Notes: generated by a model not told the origin, from the letters alone. 64,000 bases of DNA from Eledone cirrhosa (GCA_964016885.1 OZ024743.1:236034001-236098000); one strand, 5' to 3'. Counted from the stretch's first letter, positions 1 to 13,879 are shown. Program-made: numbers and translations.

Positions 1-128
1 AACTCAATATTTTACGATTTTTCTCTCTCATTTAAACTGCTGAACTCTTTCTACTACCATTCAAAATCTATACAACTTCATACTTTCTGCTACTTTCTCT
101 TTCCAAGCTTGATGGCGATACTGTCCGT

Positions 129-745
129 TCACACCACTCCCTACTGTCTTAAATTTAGAAAACTCATATCCTCTATGAGGTTACTAAACCTGCTAGAAAC
201 AGCAGCTAACTCTCCCCCATATCACACCCCTCCCCACACCACTCCCTACTGTCTTAAATTTAGAAAACTCATATCCTCTATGAGGTTACTAAACCTGCTA
301 GAAACAGCAGCTAACTCTCCCCCATATCACACCCCTCCCTACTGTCTTAAATTTAGAAAACACATATCCTCTATGAGGTTACTAAACCTGCTAGAAACAG
401 CAGCTAACTCTCCCCCATATCACACCCCTCCCCACACCACTCCCTACTGTCTTAAATTTAGAAAACTCATATCCTCTATGAGGTTACTAAACCTGCTAGA
501 AACAGCAGCTAACTCTCCTCCATATCACACCCCTCCCTACTGTCTTAAATTTAGAAAACATCTTCTATGAGGTCACTAAACCTGCTAGAAACAGCAGCTA
601 ACTCTCCCCCATATCACACCACTCCCTACTGTCTTAAATTTAGAAAACACATATCCTCTATGAGGTCACTAAACCTGCTAGAAACAACAGCTAACTCTCC
701 CTCATATCACAACCCTCCCTACTGTCTTAAATTTAGAAAACACAC
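129..745. repeat. Tandem repeat of 93/105-bp units (~6 copies)
   Basis: Unit CCCTACTGTCTTAAATTTAGAAAA...CTGCTAGAAACAGCAGCTAACTCTCCCCCATATCACAC is repeated. A related sequence occurs singly on the - strand at ~50640-50710. Confidence 0.9.
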
Positions 746-1027
746 AGACAACCATGCAGAACTCCATCGCAGCTCTGTTGTTCGGCTGGCATTGTCTACG
801 CGCGTGTTGCGCAAGTACTGTGAAACAATAAATTTCAACACTTTTTTGCACAGAGATAATATCCATAGGCGAAACTACAATTGTCACTGCTGGCGCAGCT
901 CATGCTTCCAGGTCTGCAATTCATTCACCCAGTGCCTGGCACACAAAAAAGTGCTGCCATAAAATGGGTGGTGCAACCTAACTTTGGTAACTTAATGACC
1001 CCGAGCAACGCCGGGCTTTCATGCTAG
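746..1027 (+). mobile_element. Helitron-like 3' terminus (non-autonomous)
   Basis: Hairpin CCCG-AGCAACGC-CGGG (1000-1015) is followed 8 nt later by CTAG|T (1024-1028), the canonical Helitron 3' end pattern. 5' end not identified. Confidence 0.5.
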
Positions 1028-1097
1028 TATATCATTAAGGCATAAAAAATTGAAATGAGAAGACTGTTGAATCCTCATACATTGATATACGAGACAG

Positions 1098-1950
1098 CCC
1101 AAAGCACCCAGTCCTCACTGTAAAGTGGTTAAGTTGGTGTCACAACAAAAAGCACCCAGTCCACACTGTAAAGTGGTTGTGTTGGTGTCACAACAAAAAG
1201 CACCCAGTCCACACTGTAAAGTGGTTGTGTTGGTGTCACAACAAAAAGCACCCAGTCTACACTGTACTGTGGTTGTGTTGGTGTCACAACAAAAAGCACC
1301 CAGTCCACACTGTACTGTGGTTGTGTTGGTGTCACAACAAAAAGCACCCAGTCCACACTGTACTGTGGTTGTGTTGGTGTCACAACAAAAAGCACCCAGT
1401 CCACACTGTACTGTGGTTGTGTTGGTGTCACAACAAAAAGCATCCAGTCCACATTGTACTGTGGTTGTGTTGGTGTCACAACAAAATGCATCCAGTCCAC
1501 ACTGTACTGTGGTCATGTAGGTGTTACGACAAAAAGCATCCAGTCCACACTGTACTGTGGTTGTATTGGTGTCACGACAAAAAGCACCCAGTCCTCACTG
1601 TAAAGTGGTTGGGTTGGTGTCACGACAAAAGGCACCCAGTCCACACTGTACTGTGGTTATGTTGGTGTCACAACAAAAAGCACCCAGTACTCACTGTACT
1701 GTGGTGCTGTTGGTGTCACAACAAAAAGCACCCAGTACTCACTGTAAAGTGGTGATGTTAGTGTCATGACAAAAAGCACCCAGTGCACACTGGAAAGGTG
1801 GTTGGTGTTAGGAAGGGCATCTTGTTGTTGAAACCAAGCCAAAAACAGTTCTATGTGAGCAAAACACAGTCCTCAGACTTGGATGTCTCACAACAGGACA
1901 GCACGTCTTACCCATGCTAGCGTGGAAAATGGACATTAAACGATGATGAA
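1098..1950 (+). repeat. 60-bp minisatellite (~12 copies) derived from the RTE/SINE 3'-tail module, ending in the normal tail
   Basis: Unit GTTGGTGTCACAACAAAAAGCACCCAGTCCACACTGTA.. runs into GGTTGGTGTTAGGAAGGGCATC...CCCATGCTAGCGTGGAAAATGGACATTAAACGATGATG. Confidence 0.9.
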
Positions 1951-2276
1951 GATATATATATATATATATACAGAGAGAGAGAGACATGAAAGTCAGAGGT
2001 GGCAGGTTTTCCCTTCATCTTACACTGTCACATGTCTTAAATCTGTCGTTTGCTTCACTAAACATTCACTAATTTATTAAAATTAATCAAAATATATACA
2101 AAACAAGTCCAATATGGGTGATGAAAACAGAGAGAACCCCTAAAATAAAAGATGTTCTGGGAATATTAAAAATACAGACAGATACGTAACCAAAACAGAG
2201 TACATTCAATACAATAGAAACTACACCAACAATACACCACTGCACATACCCAAGGAACACAGAACTGTGCTCAATA

Positions 2277-3155
2277 ATGGTTTCTTATATAGGCACAAGG
2301 CCATCAATTTTGAGGAGGGGAAAGTCGATTAAATCGACCCCAGTGCGTGACTGGTACTTTATTTAATCGATCCCGTAAGGATGAAAGGTAAAGTTAACCT
2401 CGGTGGGATTTGAACTCAGACCGTAAAGGACCGTAACTATGCTGCAAAGTAGGGTGTCCGATACTGCCACCACCCTCTGTGTGCTCAATAATGAAGTAAC
2501 AACATGTAATGAAAATAAGACTAACGAGAATGGATTCTAATTTAGATACAAAGTCAACAGTGTTTCTTGGGGGTGGTGAGGGGTAAACTCAATTATATCA
2601 ACCCCAATGTTTTACTGGTACTTTATTTTATTGACCCCCCTCCGCCCCTCTGCCCCCAGAAGGTTCAAAGGTAAAGTTGACCACAGCAAGATTTGAATTC
2701 AGAATACAAACAGGACTATATTCAGCTCTCTGATGATTCTAAGAATAATTGTTTCTACTTTAGGCACAAGGCCAGCAAATACCCAGTGCATTACTGGTAC
2801 TTTATTTTATCGACCCCGTAAGGATGAAAGGCAAAGTCAACCTCGGCGGGATTTGAACTCAGATCGTAAAGGGACGTAACTATGCTGGAAAGCATGGCGT
2901 CCGACCCTCTACTGATACTACCAATCCACCACCCTAAATGATTCTAATAATAATGGTTTCTAATTTAGTGACAAGGTCAAAGGTTTGGGGGAGAGAAAAG
3001 TCGATTAAATCAACCCCAGTGCATTACTGGTACTTTATTTTATCAACCCTATAAGGATAAAAGACAAAGCTAACACCAGGATTTGAACTTACAATATAAA
3101 AGTACATAACTATGCCACAAAGCATGTTGTTCGACACTCTACCAATTACTGCCAG
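2277..3155 (-). mobile_element. Cluster of four tRNA-derived SINE copies (Meta/MESC-like central domain)
   Basis: Reverse complement shows B-box GTTCAAATCC followed by GGTTAACTTTGCCTTTCATCCTTACGGGGTCGATAAAATAAAGTACCAGT. Copies at ~2277-2475, 2515-2710, 2748-2935, 2953-3155. Domain name is from memory. Confidence 0.75.
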
Positions 3156-3839
3156 TAATGACCAGTGTTGCACAGTGTTAGGGATTGTCCCCTCGGACAC
3201 TTTCCCAGTGGCCTGGAAGCAATCCATAATACAAATAACACCTTAGTCAGGCTCAACAATCTAGATCGAACTATTGTGTATATGTCATACGACACAAAGA
3301 CAAATGATAACATTGATCACAACAACAACAACAATTTCTAAGAAAAACAACTTCTGTCATTGGCCATAAAGACCCAACAACAGATTACAATAGCTATAAC
3401 ATTATATAACAAATATTAGTAAGGATAGGAACCCCAAAATAGAGGGGCTGGGTCATCATCATCATTTAACATCCACTTTCCCAGCTAGCAAGGCTTGGAT
3501 GGGTCTGTACAGACAGAGTCAGTACTGAAGTAGGGGATACTGACCTCCTAGACATGCCTGAGGGTGGGGACTGTATCTTGCATACATACAGTCCCATGTT
3601 CTACTGAGTGCATAGTTTTTTGTGCCACCAGCCATAGTAAGGTTATCATGTCTTTGAAACAAATTAAGGGTCCTCCTAACCCTTTCTTTGGCAACCTTTC
3701 TACAGCAAGATACCTTTGACAACTAAAGTTTAACCCTTTTCATACTAAACCACCTAAAACTGACCTGGGTTCTTTTATACAAGGATTTTTGTTTTAAAGA
3801 ATTTACTTTTATCTGATAACCTTCCATCATAATTTATGT

Positions 3840-4140
3840 GAAGTCGTTCCACTCTACATGTGAAGAGTTCCACTGAAGCAGATGGAGAAGTTCAAGTATC
3901 TCAGGGCCATCTTCATGAGTGATGGATGGCAAGAGGCTGAATTATGTGCAAGAATTGCAGGAGCTGGTGCAGTAATGCACCAGCTTCAGCATTTGGTAGT
4001 CAGAAGGGAGGTAGGCATAAAAGCCAAACTCGCTATTCATGCTAACACTTACCTGAGGTCATGAAACTTAAATAACCAAAAAAATACGATCGTGAATACA
4101 AGCAGTCAAAATGGAGTTCCTTTGAAGGGTCTTTGGAGTA
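3840..4140 (+). mobile_element. Degenerate RTE (Rex3/Expander-like) RT C-terminal fragment
   Basis: EKFKYLRAIFMSDG..ELCARI..A.AVMHQL...KAKLAI translation, followed by IQAVKMEFL. Confidence 0.65.
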
Positions 4141-4239
4141 TAAATCTTGGGTAGACAAGAAGTGTAGTGGGATAACAGGTAGACAAGAAGTGTAGTGGGA
4201 TAACAGGTGGACAAGAAGTGTAGTAGGATAACAGTTATA

Positions 4240-6510
4240 CTAACAGAAGACTTTCAATGTAACAAATGCACAGGAATAGCTTTTAAGAGCATCAGTGAAA
4301 TATATTTTGTTCAATACCATGTAGGAGCCAAAGAAGTGGTTGATAGCTTCTATTACCTAAGTGATATAATTAGTAGAATGTTTCTCAGAGAGCATAGCAA
4401 CTAGAGGGAGATACCTCAGTTGACAACAAAAGATGTCTCTCTGTGAAAGAAAGGATGATTGTATGAAGTCTGTGTATGACACGTAGTGTGGCATGGTGGT
4501 AAGAAATGGGCAGTGTGGCATGGTGGTAAGACACGGGCAGTGTGGCATGGCGGTAAGACACGGGTAGTGTTGCATGGTGGTATGACATGGGCAGTGTTGC
4601 ATGGTGGTATGACATGGGCAGTGTTGCATGGTGGTAAGACATGGGTAGTGTGGCATGGTGGTAAGACATGGACAGTATGGCATGGTAGTAAGACATGGGT
4701 AGTGTTGCATGGTGGTAAGACATGGGCAGTGTTGCATGGTGGTAAGACATGGGTAGTGTTGCATGGTGGTAAGACATGGGTAGTGTTGCATGCTTGTAAG
4801 ACATGGGCAGTGTTGCATGCTGGTAAGACATGGGCAGTGTTGCATGGTGGAAAGACATGGGTAGTGTTGCATGGTGGTAAGACATGGGTAGTGTTGCATG
4901 GTGGTAAGACATGGGTAGTGTTGCATGGTGGTAAGACATGGGCAGTGTTGCAAGGTGGTATGACATGGGCAGTGTTGCATGGTGGTATGACATGGGCAGT
5001 GTTGCATGGTGGTAAGACATGGGTAGTGTGGCATGGTGGTAAGACATGGACAGTATGGCATGGTAGTAAGACATGGGTAGTGTTGCATGGTGGTAAGACA
5101 TGGGCAGTGTTGCATGGTGGTAAGACATGGGTAGTGTTGCATGGTGGTAAGACATGGGTAGTGTTGCATGGTGGTAAGACATGGGTAGTGTTGCATGGTG
5201 GTAAGACATGGGCAGTGTTGCATGGTGGAAAGACATGGGTAGTGTTGCATGGTGGTAAGACATGGGTAGTGTTGCATGGTGGTAAGACATGGGTAGTGTT
5301 GCATGGTGGTAAGACATGGGCAGTGTTTCAAGGTGGTAAGACATGGGCAGTGTTTCAAGGTGGTATGACATGGGCAGTGTTGCATGGTGGTAAGACATGG
5401 GTAGTGTTGCATGGTGGTAAGACATGGGTAGTGTTGCATGGTGGTAAGACATGGGCAGTGTTGCATAGTGGTATGACATGGGCAGCGTTGCATGGTGGTA
5501 TGACATGGGCAGTGTTGCATGGTGGTATGACATGGGTAGTGTTGCATGGTGGTAATATATGGGTAGTGTTGCATGGTGGTAAGACATGGGTAGTGTTGCA
5601 TGGTGGTATGACATGGGCAGTGTTGCATGGTGGTATGACATGGGCAGTGTTGCATGGTGGTAAGACATGGGTAGTGTTGCATGGTGGTAAGACATGGGCA
5701 GTGTTGCATGGTGGTAAGACATGGGTAGTGTTGCATGGTGGTAAGACATGGGTAGTGTTGCATGGTGGAAAGACATGGGTAGTGTTGCATGGTGGAAAGA
5801 CATGGGTAGTGTTGCATGGTGGTAAGACATGGGTAGTGTTGCATGGTGGTAAGACATGGGTAGTGTTGCATGGTGGTAAGACATGGGCAGTGTTGCAAGG
5901 TGGTAAGACATGGGTAGTGTTGCATGGTGGTAAGACATGGGTAGTGTTGCATGGTGGTAAGACATGGGCAGTGTTGCATAGTGGTATGACATGGGCAGCG
6001 TTGCATGGTGGTATGACATGGGCAGTGTTGCATGGTGGTATGACATGGGTAGTGTTGCATGGTGGTAATATATGGTAGTGTTGCATGGTGGTAAGACATG
6101 GGTAGTGTTGCATGGTGGTAAGACATGGGCAGTGTTACATGGTGGTAAGACATGGGCAGTGAATGCAGAGGCTATGATGTAAAAGCTAGAGAGAAATGAA
6201 GCAAGCATGCTTCCACAGATGTGCAATGTTAATATGCATGAGCAACAAAGCATGAATTAGCTGAGAGAAAGGTTAGGTATAAAAGGAATCAGAAGTAGGA
6301 AATATGACTGTGCTAGTATGGACATGTTGTGCGTGATGACAATTGGGTGAAGATACCACAGTAGAGGAAGGCCAAGGACGAAGTGGTGAGAGCTGAACTT
6401 CACAGAAAAGATGACAAAGAAATGAATGGAGAGATGCTATGCTTAAAAAGACCTATCCAACCCATGCAAGCATGAAAAAGCAGATATATAATGGTGAAGA
6501 TGATGATGAT
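4240..6510 (+). mobile_element. Degenerate RTE LINE 3' part interrupted by a 27-bp minisatellite expansion
   Basis: Left flank translates FQCNKC...EVVDSFYYLSD and right flank KLERNEASML..MCNV...WYGHV-like, matching the RTE at 56032-56778. Ends with CCAACCCATGCAAGCATGAAAA...GATGATGAT. Confidence 0.8.
4484..6160. repeat. 27-bp minisatellite, ~62 copies
   Basis: Unit GACATGGGYAGTGTTGCATGGTGGTAA. Variant blocks recur at 378-bp and 513-bp spacing. Confidence 0.95.
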
Positions 6511-6566
6511 CATCATCATTTTACGTTCGCTTTTTCCTGCTTGCAAGGGTGGGCCGGGTCCTATCA

Positions 6567-6766
6567 NNNNNNNNNNNNNNNNNNNNNNNNNNNNNNNNNN
6601 NNNNNNNNNNNNNNNNNNNNNNNNNNNNNNNNNNNNNNNNNNNNNNNNNNNNNNNNNNNNNNNNNNNNNNNNNNNNNNNNNNNNNNNNNNNNNNNNNNNN
6701 NNNNNNNNNNNNNNNNNNNNNNNNNNNNNNNNNNNNNNNNNNNNNNNNNNNNNNNNNNNNNNNNNN
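6567..6766. other. Assembly gap (200 N)
   Basis: Run of N. Confidence 1.
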
Positions 6767-7206
6767 GACAAGTGCAGAGAGATCTCCAGATACAAAGCAA
6801 TGCCTGTGCCGTGAAGCTTTTATAGTGAGCAAAGGCACTGCACAAAGCCAGTCCCACTCTCTTAACCAAGATGATATTTACCAAAAAGAAGAACAAGTCA
6901 ACATCATTGGATACCATCAGGGTTGCAGGTGTTATATCAGAGTTTTCCTTCTCCTAGAATTCTGCCTTGACAAAGGCTAAGGGGTCATCTCTCCCATATA
7001 TATATATACATACATACATACATATATATACATATATATATATATACATACATATATACATATATATATATATACATACATATATACATACATATATATA
7101 TACATATATATATATACACACATATATATACATACATATATACATACATACATATATACATACATATATATACATATATATATATACATACATATATACA
7201 TACATA

Positions 7207-7240
<34 letters not shown>

Positions 7241-7594
7241 CATATATATATATACATACATATACATATATATATATACATACATATACATATATATATA
7301 TACATACATATACATATATACATACATATACATATATATATATACATATATATATATACATACTTATACATATATATATATATACATACATATATATACA
7401 TATATACATATATATATATATACATACATATACATATATATACATATATACATATATATATATATACATACATATACATATATATATATACATATACATA
7501 TATATATATACATATATATATATACATATATATATATACATACATATACATACATATATATATACATACATATACATACATATATATACATATA

Positions 7595-7642
<48 letters not shown>

Positions 7643-7674
7643 AGTACATATATATATACATACATATATATACA

Positions 7675-7708
<34 letters not shown>

Positions 7709-7974
7709 AGTACATATATATATACATACATATATATACATATACATATATATACATATATATACATATATATATACATACATATATATACATATATATA
7801 TACATATATATATATACATATATATATACATATATATATACATACATATATATACATATATATATATATACATACATATATATACATATATATATACATA
7901 CATATATATACATATATATATACATACATATATATACATATATATATACATACATATATATACATATATATATA

Positions 7975-8378
7975 TCATTATCATCATCACCGTTTTACGT
8001 CCGTTCTTCCACGCTAGCATGGGTTAGACGGGTTGTCCTGTTGTGGGCAGTCTCTGGTCGGCTGACCATGTCTTGCTCATACAGGAACTGATCTGGCTTG
8101 ATTTCTACAGCTGGATGCCCTTCCTAAAAACCAACCTCATTTACAGTGAGTGTTGGGTGCTTTTTCGTGGCGCCTACACTTCCACTTTACAGTGTGGGCT
8201 GGGTGCCGTGGCATCTCCACGACCACCTTGTGGTGGGGGGAGTGGGGGCATATTGTTTATATGCTTCAGCATGTACCCATGGCAGGTCGGGTACCCTGTA
8301 TTACTGCGTGACGCCAGAAGTCACAGTCGTGTGTCATCATTGTCTTTGAGAGGTGTAGTTGGGCAAGGTCGGCTTTTA
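7975..8378 (-). mobile_element. 5'-truncated RTE (sister family b) 3' end
   Basis: [33 protein letters not shown], then 3' UTR and (GAT)n tail. Confidence 0.8.
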
Positions 8379-8883
8379 TATGTATACATACATATATATA
8401 CATATATACATATATACATATATATACATATATATATACATACATATATATACATATATATATACATACATATATATACATATATATATACATACATATA
8501 TATACATATATATATACATACATATATATACATATATATATACATACATATATATACATATATATATACATACATATATATACATATATATATACATACA
8601 TATATATACATATATATATACATACATATATATACATATATATATACATACATATATATACATATATATATACATACATATATATACATATATATATACA
8701 TACATATATATACATATATATATACATACATATATATACATATATATATACATACATATATATACATATATATATACATACATATATATACATATATATA
8801 TACATACATATATATACATATATATATACATACATATATATACATATATATATACATACATATATATACATATATATATATAC

Positions 8884-8916
<33 letters not shown>

Positions 8917-8921
8917 CATAC

Positions 8922-8964
<43 letters not shown>

Positions 8965-9201
8965 CATACATATATATACATATATATATACATACATATA
9001 TATACATATATATATATACATATATATATATACATACATATATACATACATATATATATATATATACCTATATATATATACATATATATACATATATATA
9101 TACACATATATATACATATATATATACATATATATATATACATATATATATACACATATATATATACATATATATATACACATATATACATATATATATA
9201 C

Positions 9202-9248
<47 letters not shown>

Positions 9249-9609
9249 CATATATATATACACATATATATACACATATATATATACATATATATATATA
9301 CATATATATATACATATATATATATATACATATATATATACATATATATATATACATATATATATATACATATATATACATACATATATATATACATATA
9401 TATATATACATATATATATATACATATATATATACATATATATACATACATATATATATACATATATATACATACATATATATATACATATACATATATA
9501 TACATACATATATATATATACATATATATATACATATATATATATACATATATATATACATATATATATATACATATATATACATACATATATACATATA
9601 TATACATAC

Positions 9610-9660
<51 letters not shown>

Positions 9661-9674
9661 CATATATACATATA

Positions 9675-9958
9675 TTGGTCCAACATCCAGGCCGAAACAA
9701 ATGAGATCGTGTAGGTGTCACGACAAAAAACACACAGTCCACGCTGTAAATGTGGCCGTGTAGGCAACACGTTAAAAACCTCCCAGCCCCACACTGTAAA
9801 TGTGGTTGGTGTTAGGAAGGGCATCCAGCTGTAGAAAACCCGCCAGACAGTCCTATGCGAGCAAGACAACCACTCTTGCCTCAAGTGGGAAAACCCCCGT
9901 CCAAACCCATGCAAGCGTGGAACATGGACGCTAAACCTGATGATGATGATGATGATGA
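9675..9958 (+). mobile_element. RTE (family a) 3' UTR fragment; duplicated at 14352-14634
   Basis: Matches the reverse complement of 55647-55925. Ends CCAAACCCATGCAAGCGTGGAAC...(GAT)n. Confidence 0.85.
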
Positions 9959-10108
9959 TATACATATATATATACACATATATATATATATATACACATA
10001 TATATATATATATACACATATATATATATATATACATATATATACATATATATACATATATACATATATATACATATATACATATATATACATATATATA
10101 TATATACG

Positions 10109-10220
<112 letters not shown>

Positions 10221-10221
10221 C

Positions 10222-10284
<63 letters not shown>

Positions 10285-10359
10285 CATATATATACATATA
10301 TATACATATACATATACATATATATACATATACATATATATACATATACATATATATAC

Positions 10360-10408
<49 letters not shown>

Positions 10409-10439
10409 CATATATATATATACATATATATATATCTAC

Positions 10440-10470
<31 letters not shown>

Positions 10471-10550
10471 CATATATATATATAAAAGACGTGAAATAAG
10501 AAAAAATAAAAAAAATAAAAAAATAAAAAATTAACTTACTTAAATTTTCA

Positions 10551-10630
10551 CTCCAACTAATTAGTTTCTGCAATGGGATAAAGACAGTTACGTAATGAAC
10601 TGTTGAGAATTTCATTGCGTCATCAGGGAG
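10551..10630 (-). ncRNA. Type I hammerhead ribozyme with long stem II
   Basis: - strand: CTCC CTGATGA CGCAAT...ATTGCA GAAA CTAATTAG TT GGAG. Stem I is 4 bp, stem III is palindromic, cleavage triplet is GUU, and the first stem II pair is C-A. Confidence 0.7.
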
Positions 10631-10922
10631 GTCATTCTCAGCCAGGTCTCCAGGCAATGCGCGGACACTGGGGACTCATATAAAAATAATAATAATTCGG
10701 TAAATGGAACAGCTATCGAGGACTGAATTCCAGGTACTGAAAATTCTCACTGCCACTGATCATATGGCCGATTCTAAAGAATCAATCACGTGACACATAT
10801 ATACATATATACATATACATATACACATATATACATATACACATATATACATATACACATACATATACATATACACATATATACATATATACATATATAT
10901 GTATATACACATATATATATAC

Positions 10923-10971
<49 letters not shown>

Positions 10972-10976
10972 CATAC

Positions 10977-11009
<33 letters not shown>

Positions 11010-11911
11010 CATATATATATACATATATACATATATATATACACATATATAAATATACATATACATATATACATATATACATATACATATATACATATAC
11101 ATATATATATATACACATATATACATATACATATATATATATATATATATAAATATACATATATATATAAATATACATATATATATATACATATATACAC
11201 ATATACATATATATATATATACATATATATATAAATATACATATATATATAAATATACATATATATATAAATATACATATATATATATACATATATACAC
11301 ATATATATATATACATATATATATATATACATATATATATAAATATACATATATATATATACATATATACACATATATATATACACATATATACATATAC
11401 ATATAAATATACATATATATATAAATATACATATATATATATACATATATATATAAATATACATATATACATATATATATAAATATACATATATATATAT
11501 ACATATATATATATACTAATATATATATATACATATATATATATAATATATATATATACATATATACACATATATACATATATATACATATACATATATA
11601 CATATATATATATATACATATATACATATATATATATATATACATATATACATATATATATATATATACATATATACATATATATATATATACATATATA
11701 TATATACATATATACATATATATATACATATATACATATATATATACATATATACATATATATATACATATATATATATATACATATATACATACATACA
11801 TATATACATACATACATATATACATATATATATACATATATACATATATATATACATATATATATATATACATATATATATACATATATATATATATACA
11901 TATATACATAC

Positions 11912-11944
<33 letters not shown>

Positions 11945-12069
11945 CATACATATATACATACATATATACATACATATATACATATATACATACATACATA
12001 CACACATATATACATACATACATACATATATATATATATATATGTATATATATACATATATATATATTC

Positions 12070-12102
<33 letters not shown>

Positions 12103-12199
12103 TAGAGAAAATCGATTGACTTTTGTCAAATCGGATCGAGGAAACAGTGTTTCCATTGGTCTTTCCAATTGCTAATACCATCTATCGGTCGCAACTCCA

Positions 12200-12320
12200 G
12201 GTAAAAGGAGCAACGTGAAATAAAGTGTCTTGCTCAAGGACATAACGCATCGCCCGGTCCAGGAATCGAACTCGCAACCTCACAATTGCGAATGTCTAAC
12301 CACTCAGCCACACGCCTTCA
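12200..12320 (-). mobile_element. tRNA-derived CORE-type SINE 5' part; duplicated at ~17475-17595
   Basis: Reverse complement GAAGGCGTGTGGCTGAGTGGTTAG...GAGTTCGATTCC...TCCTTGAGCAAGACACTTTATTTCACGTTGCTCC. Confidence 0.8.
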
Positions 12321-12343
12321 CATATATATATATACATATATAT

Positions 12344-12374
<31 letters not shown>

Positions 12375-12380
12375 CATATA

Positions 12381-12825
12381 CATGGTGGCTGCCAACTCGT
12401 TTTCGAGTACAGCCACTACTTTATATCCATGTAGGAGAACTCCTACTGATGCGCTGAACGAGTGTGACTTTTTAGTCCAGCCAGCGAGTTGAAAACTCTG
12501 GTACAAACACTACACCTGTGACAATTATTGACACATAGTGCTGGGCCCATGGTAATATGTGACGACAAGCGCAGAGAGATCTCCAGATATAAAGCAATGC
12601 CTGTGCCGTGAAGCTTTTATAGTGAGCAAAGGCACTGCACAAAGCCAGTCCCACTCTCTTAACCAAGATGATATTTACCAAAAAGAAGAACAAGTCAACA
12701 TCATTGGATACCATCAGGGTTGCAGGTGTTATATCAGAGATTTCCTTCTAGAATTCTGCCTTGACAAAGGCTAAGGGGTCATCTCTCCCGTTGATTTTGG
12801 ATGGCCATTGACTCTTAAGAGCTCC
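12381..12825 (-). mobile_element. Unclassified ~440-bp interspersed element inserted in (TA)n; copies at 6767-6995 and 17656-18099, diverged copy on + at 63020-63415
   Basis: Shared motifs AAGAGTCAAYGGCCATCCAAAA, CTTTGTCA, CTCTGATATAA.ACCTGCA, GATGTTGA.....TTCTTCTTTT, GAGAGTGGGA.TGGCT, TACTCGA.AACGAG..GGCAGCCA. Orientation is inferred. Confidence 0.7.
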
Positions 12826-12834
12826 TATATATAC

Positions 12835-12868
<34 letters not shown>

Positions 12869-13224
12869 ATATATCTACATACATATATATATATATACAT
12901 ACATATAAATATATATATCTACATACATATATATATATATACATACATACATATATATATACATACATATATATACATATATATATACATACATATATAT
13001 ACATATATATATACATACATATATATACATATATATATACATACATATATATACATATATATATACATACATATATATACATATATATATACATACATAT
13101 ATATACATATATATATACATACATATATATACATATATATATACATACATATATATACATATATATATACATACATATATATACATATATATATACATAC
13201 ATATATATACATATATATATATAC

Positions 13225-13295
<71 letters not shown>

Positions 13296-13530
13296 CATAC
13301 ATATATATACATATATATATATACATATATATATATACATATATATATATACATACATATATACATACATATATATATATATATACCTATATATATATAC
13401 ATATATATACATATATATATACACATATATATACATATATATATACATATATATATATACATATATATATACACATATATATATACATATATATATACAC
13501 ATATATACATATATATATACATATATATAT

Positions 13531-13879
13531 GAAGGCACATGGCTTAGTGGTTAGAGCATTGGCCTTGCAATCGAAAGGTTGTGAGTTCAATTCTCAGACC
13601 GGGTGATGTGTTGTTTCCTTGAGCAAGACACTTTATTTCACATTGCTCCAGTTTACTCAGCTGTAGAAATGAGATGATAGGGACTGGGATCCATATCATT
13701 CCACTGCAAAGTGGTCGTGGAGGTGCCACGGCAAAAAAGCACCCAGCACTCACTGTAAATGAGGTTGGTGTTAGGAAGGGCATCCAGCTGTAGAAATCAA
13801 AGCCAGAATCAGTTCCCGTCCCACCCTTGCAAGCAGGGAAAAGCGGACGTAAAATGAAATGATGATGAATGATGATGAT
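13531..13879 (+). mobile_element. Full-length tRNA-derived CORE-SINE with RTE-type tail
   Basis: A box TGGCTTAGTGG, B box GTTCAATTC, CORE-like CCTTGAGCAAGACACTTTATTTCAC...CTCAGCTGTAGAAATG, tail GGAAGGGCATCCAGCTGTAGAAA...GGACGTAAAATG(AT). Confidence 0.85.

Noticed and set aside
4357-6253. 500-620 aa repetitive His/Cys-rich ORFs
   Set aside because: 27-bp minisatellite open in several frames, derived from a dead RTE.
13531-13610. tRNA-like sequences (also 48788, 42815, 32259, 44800)
   Set aside because: They are SINE heads continuing into CORE or Meta-like bodies, without a proper acceptor stem.
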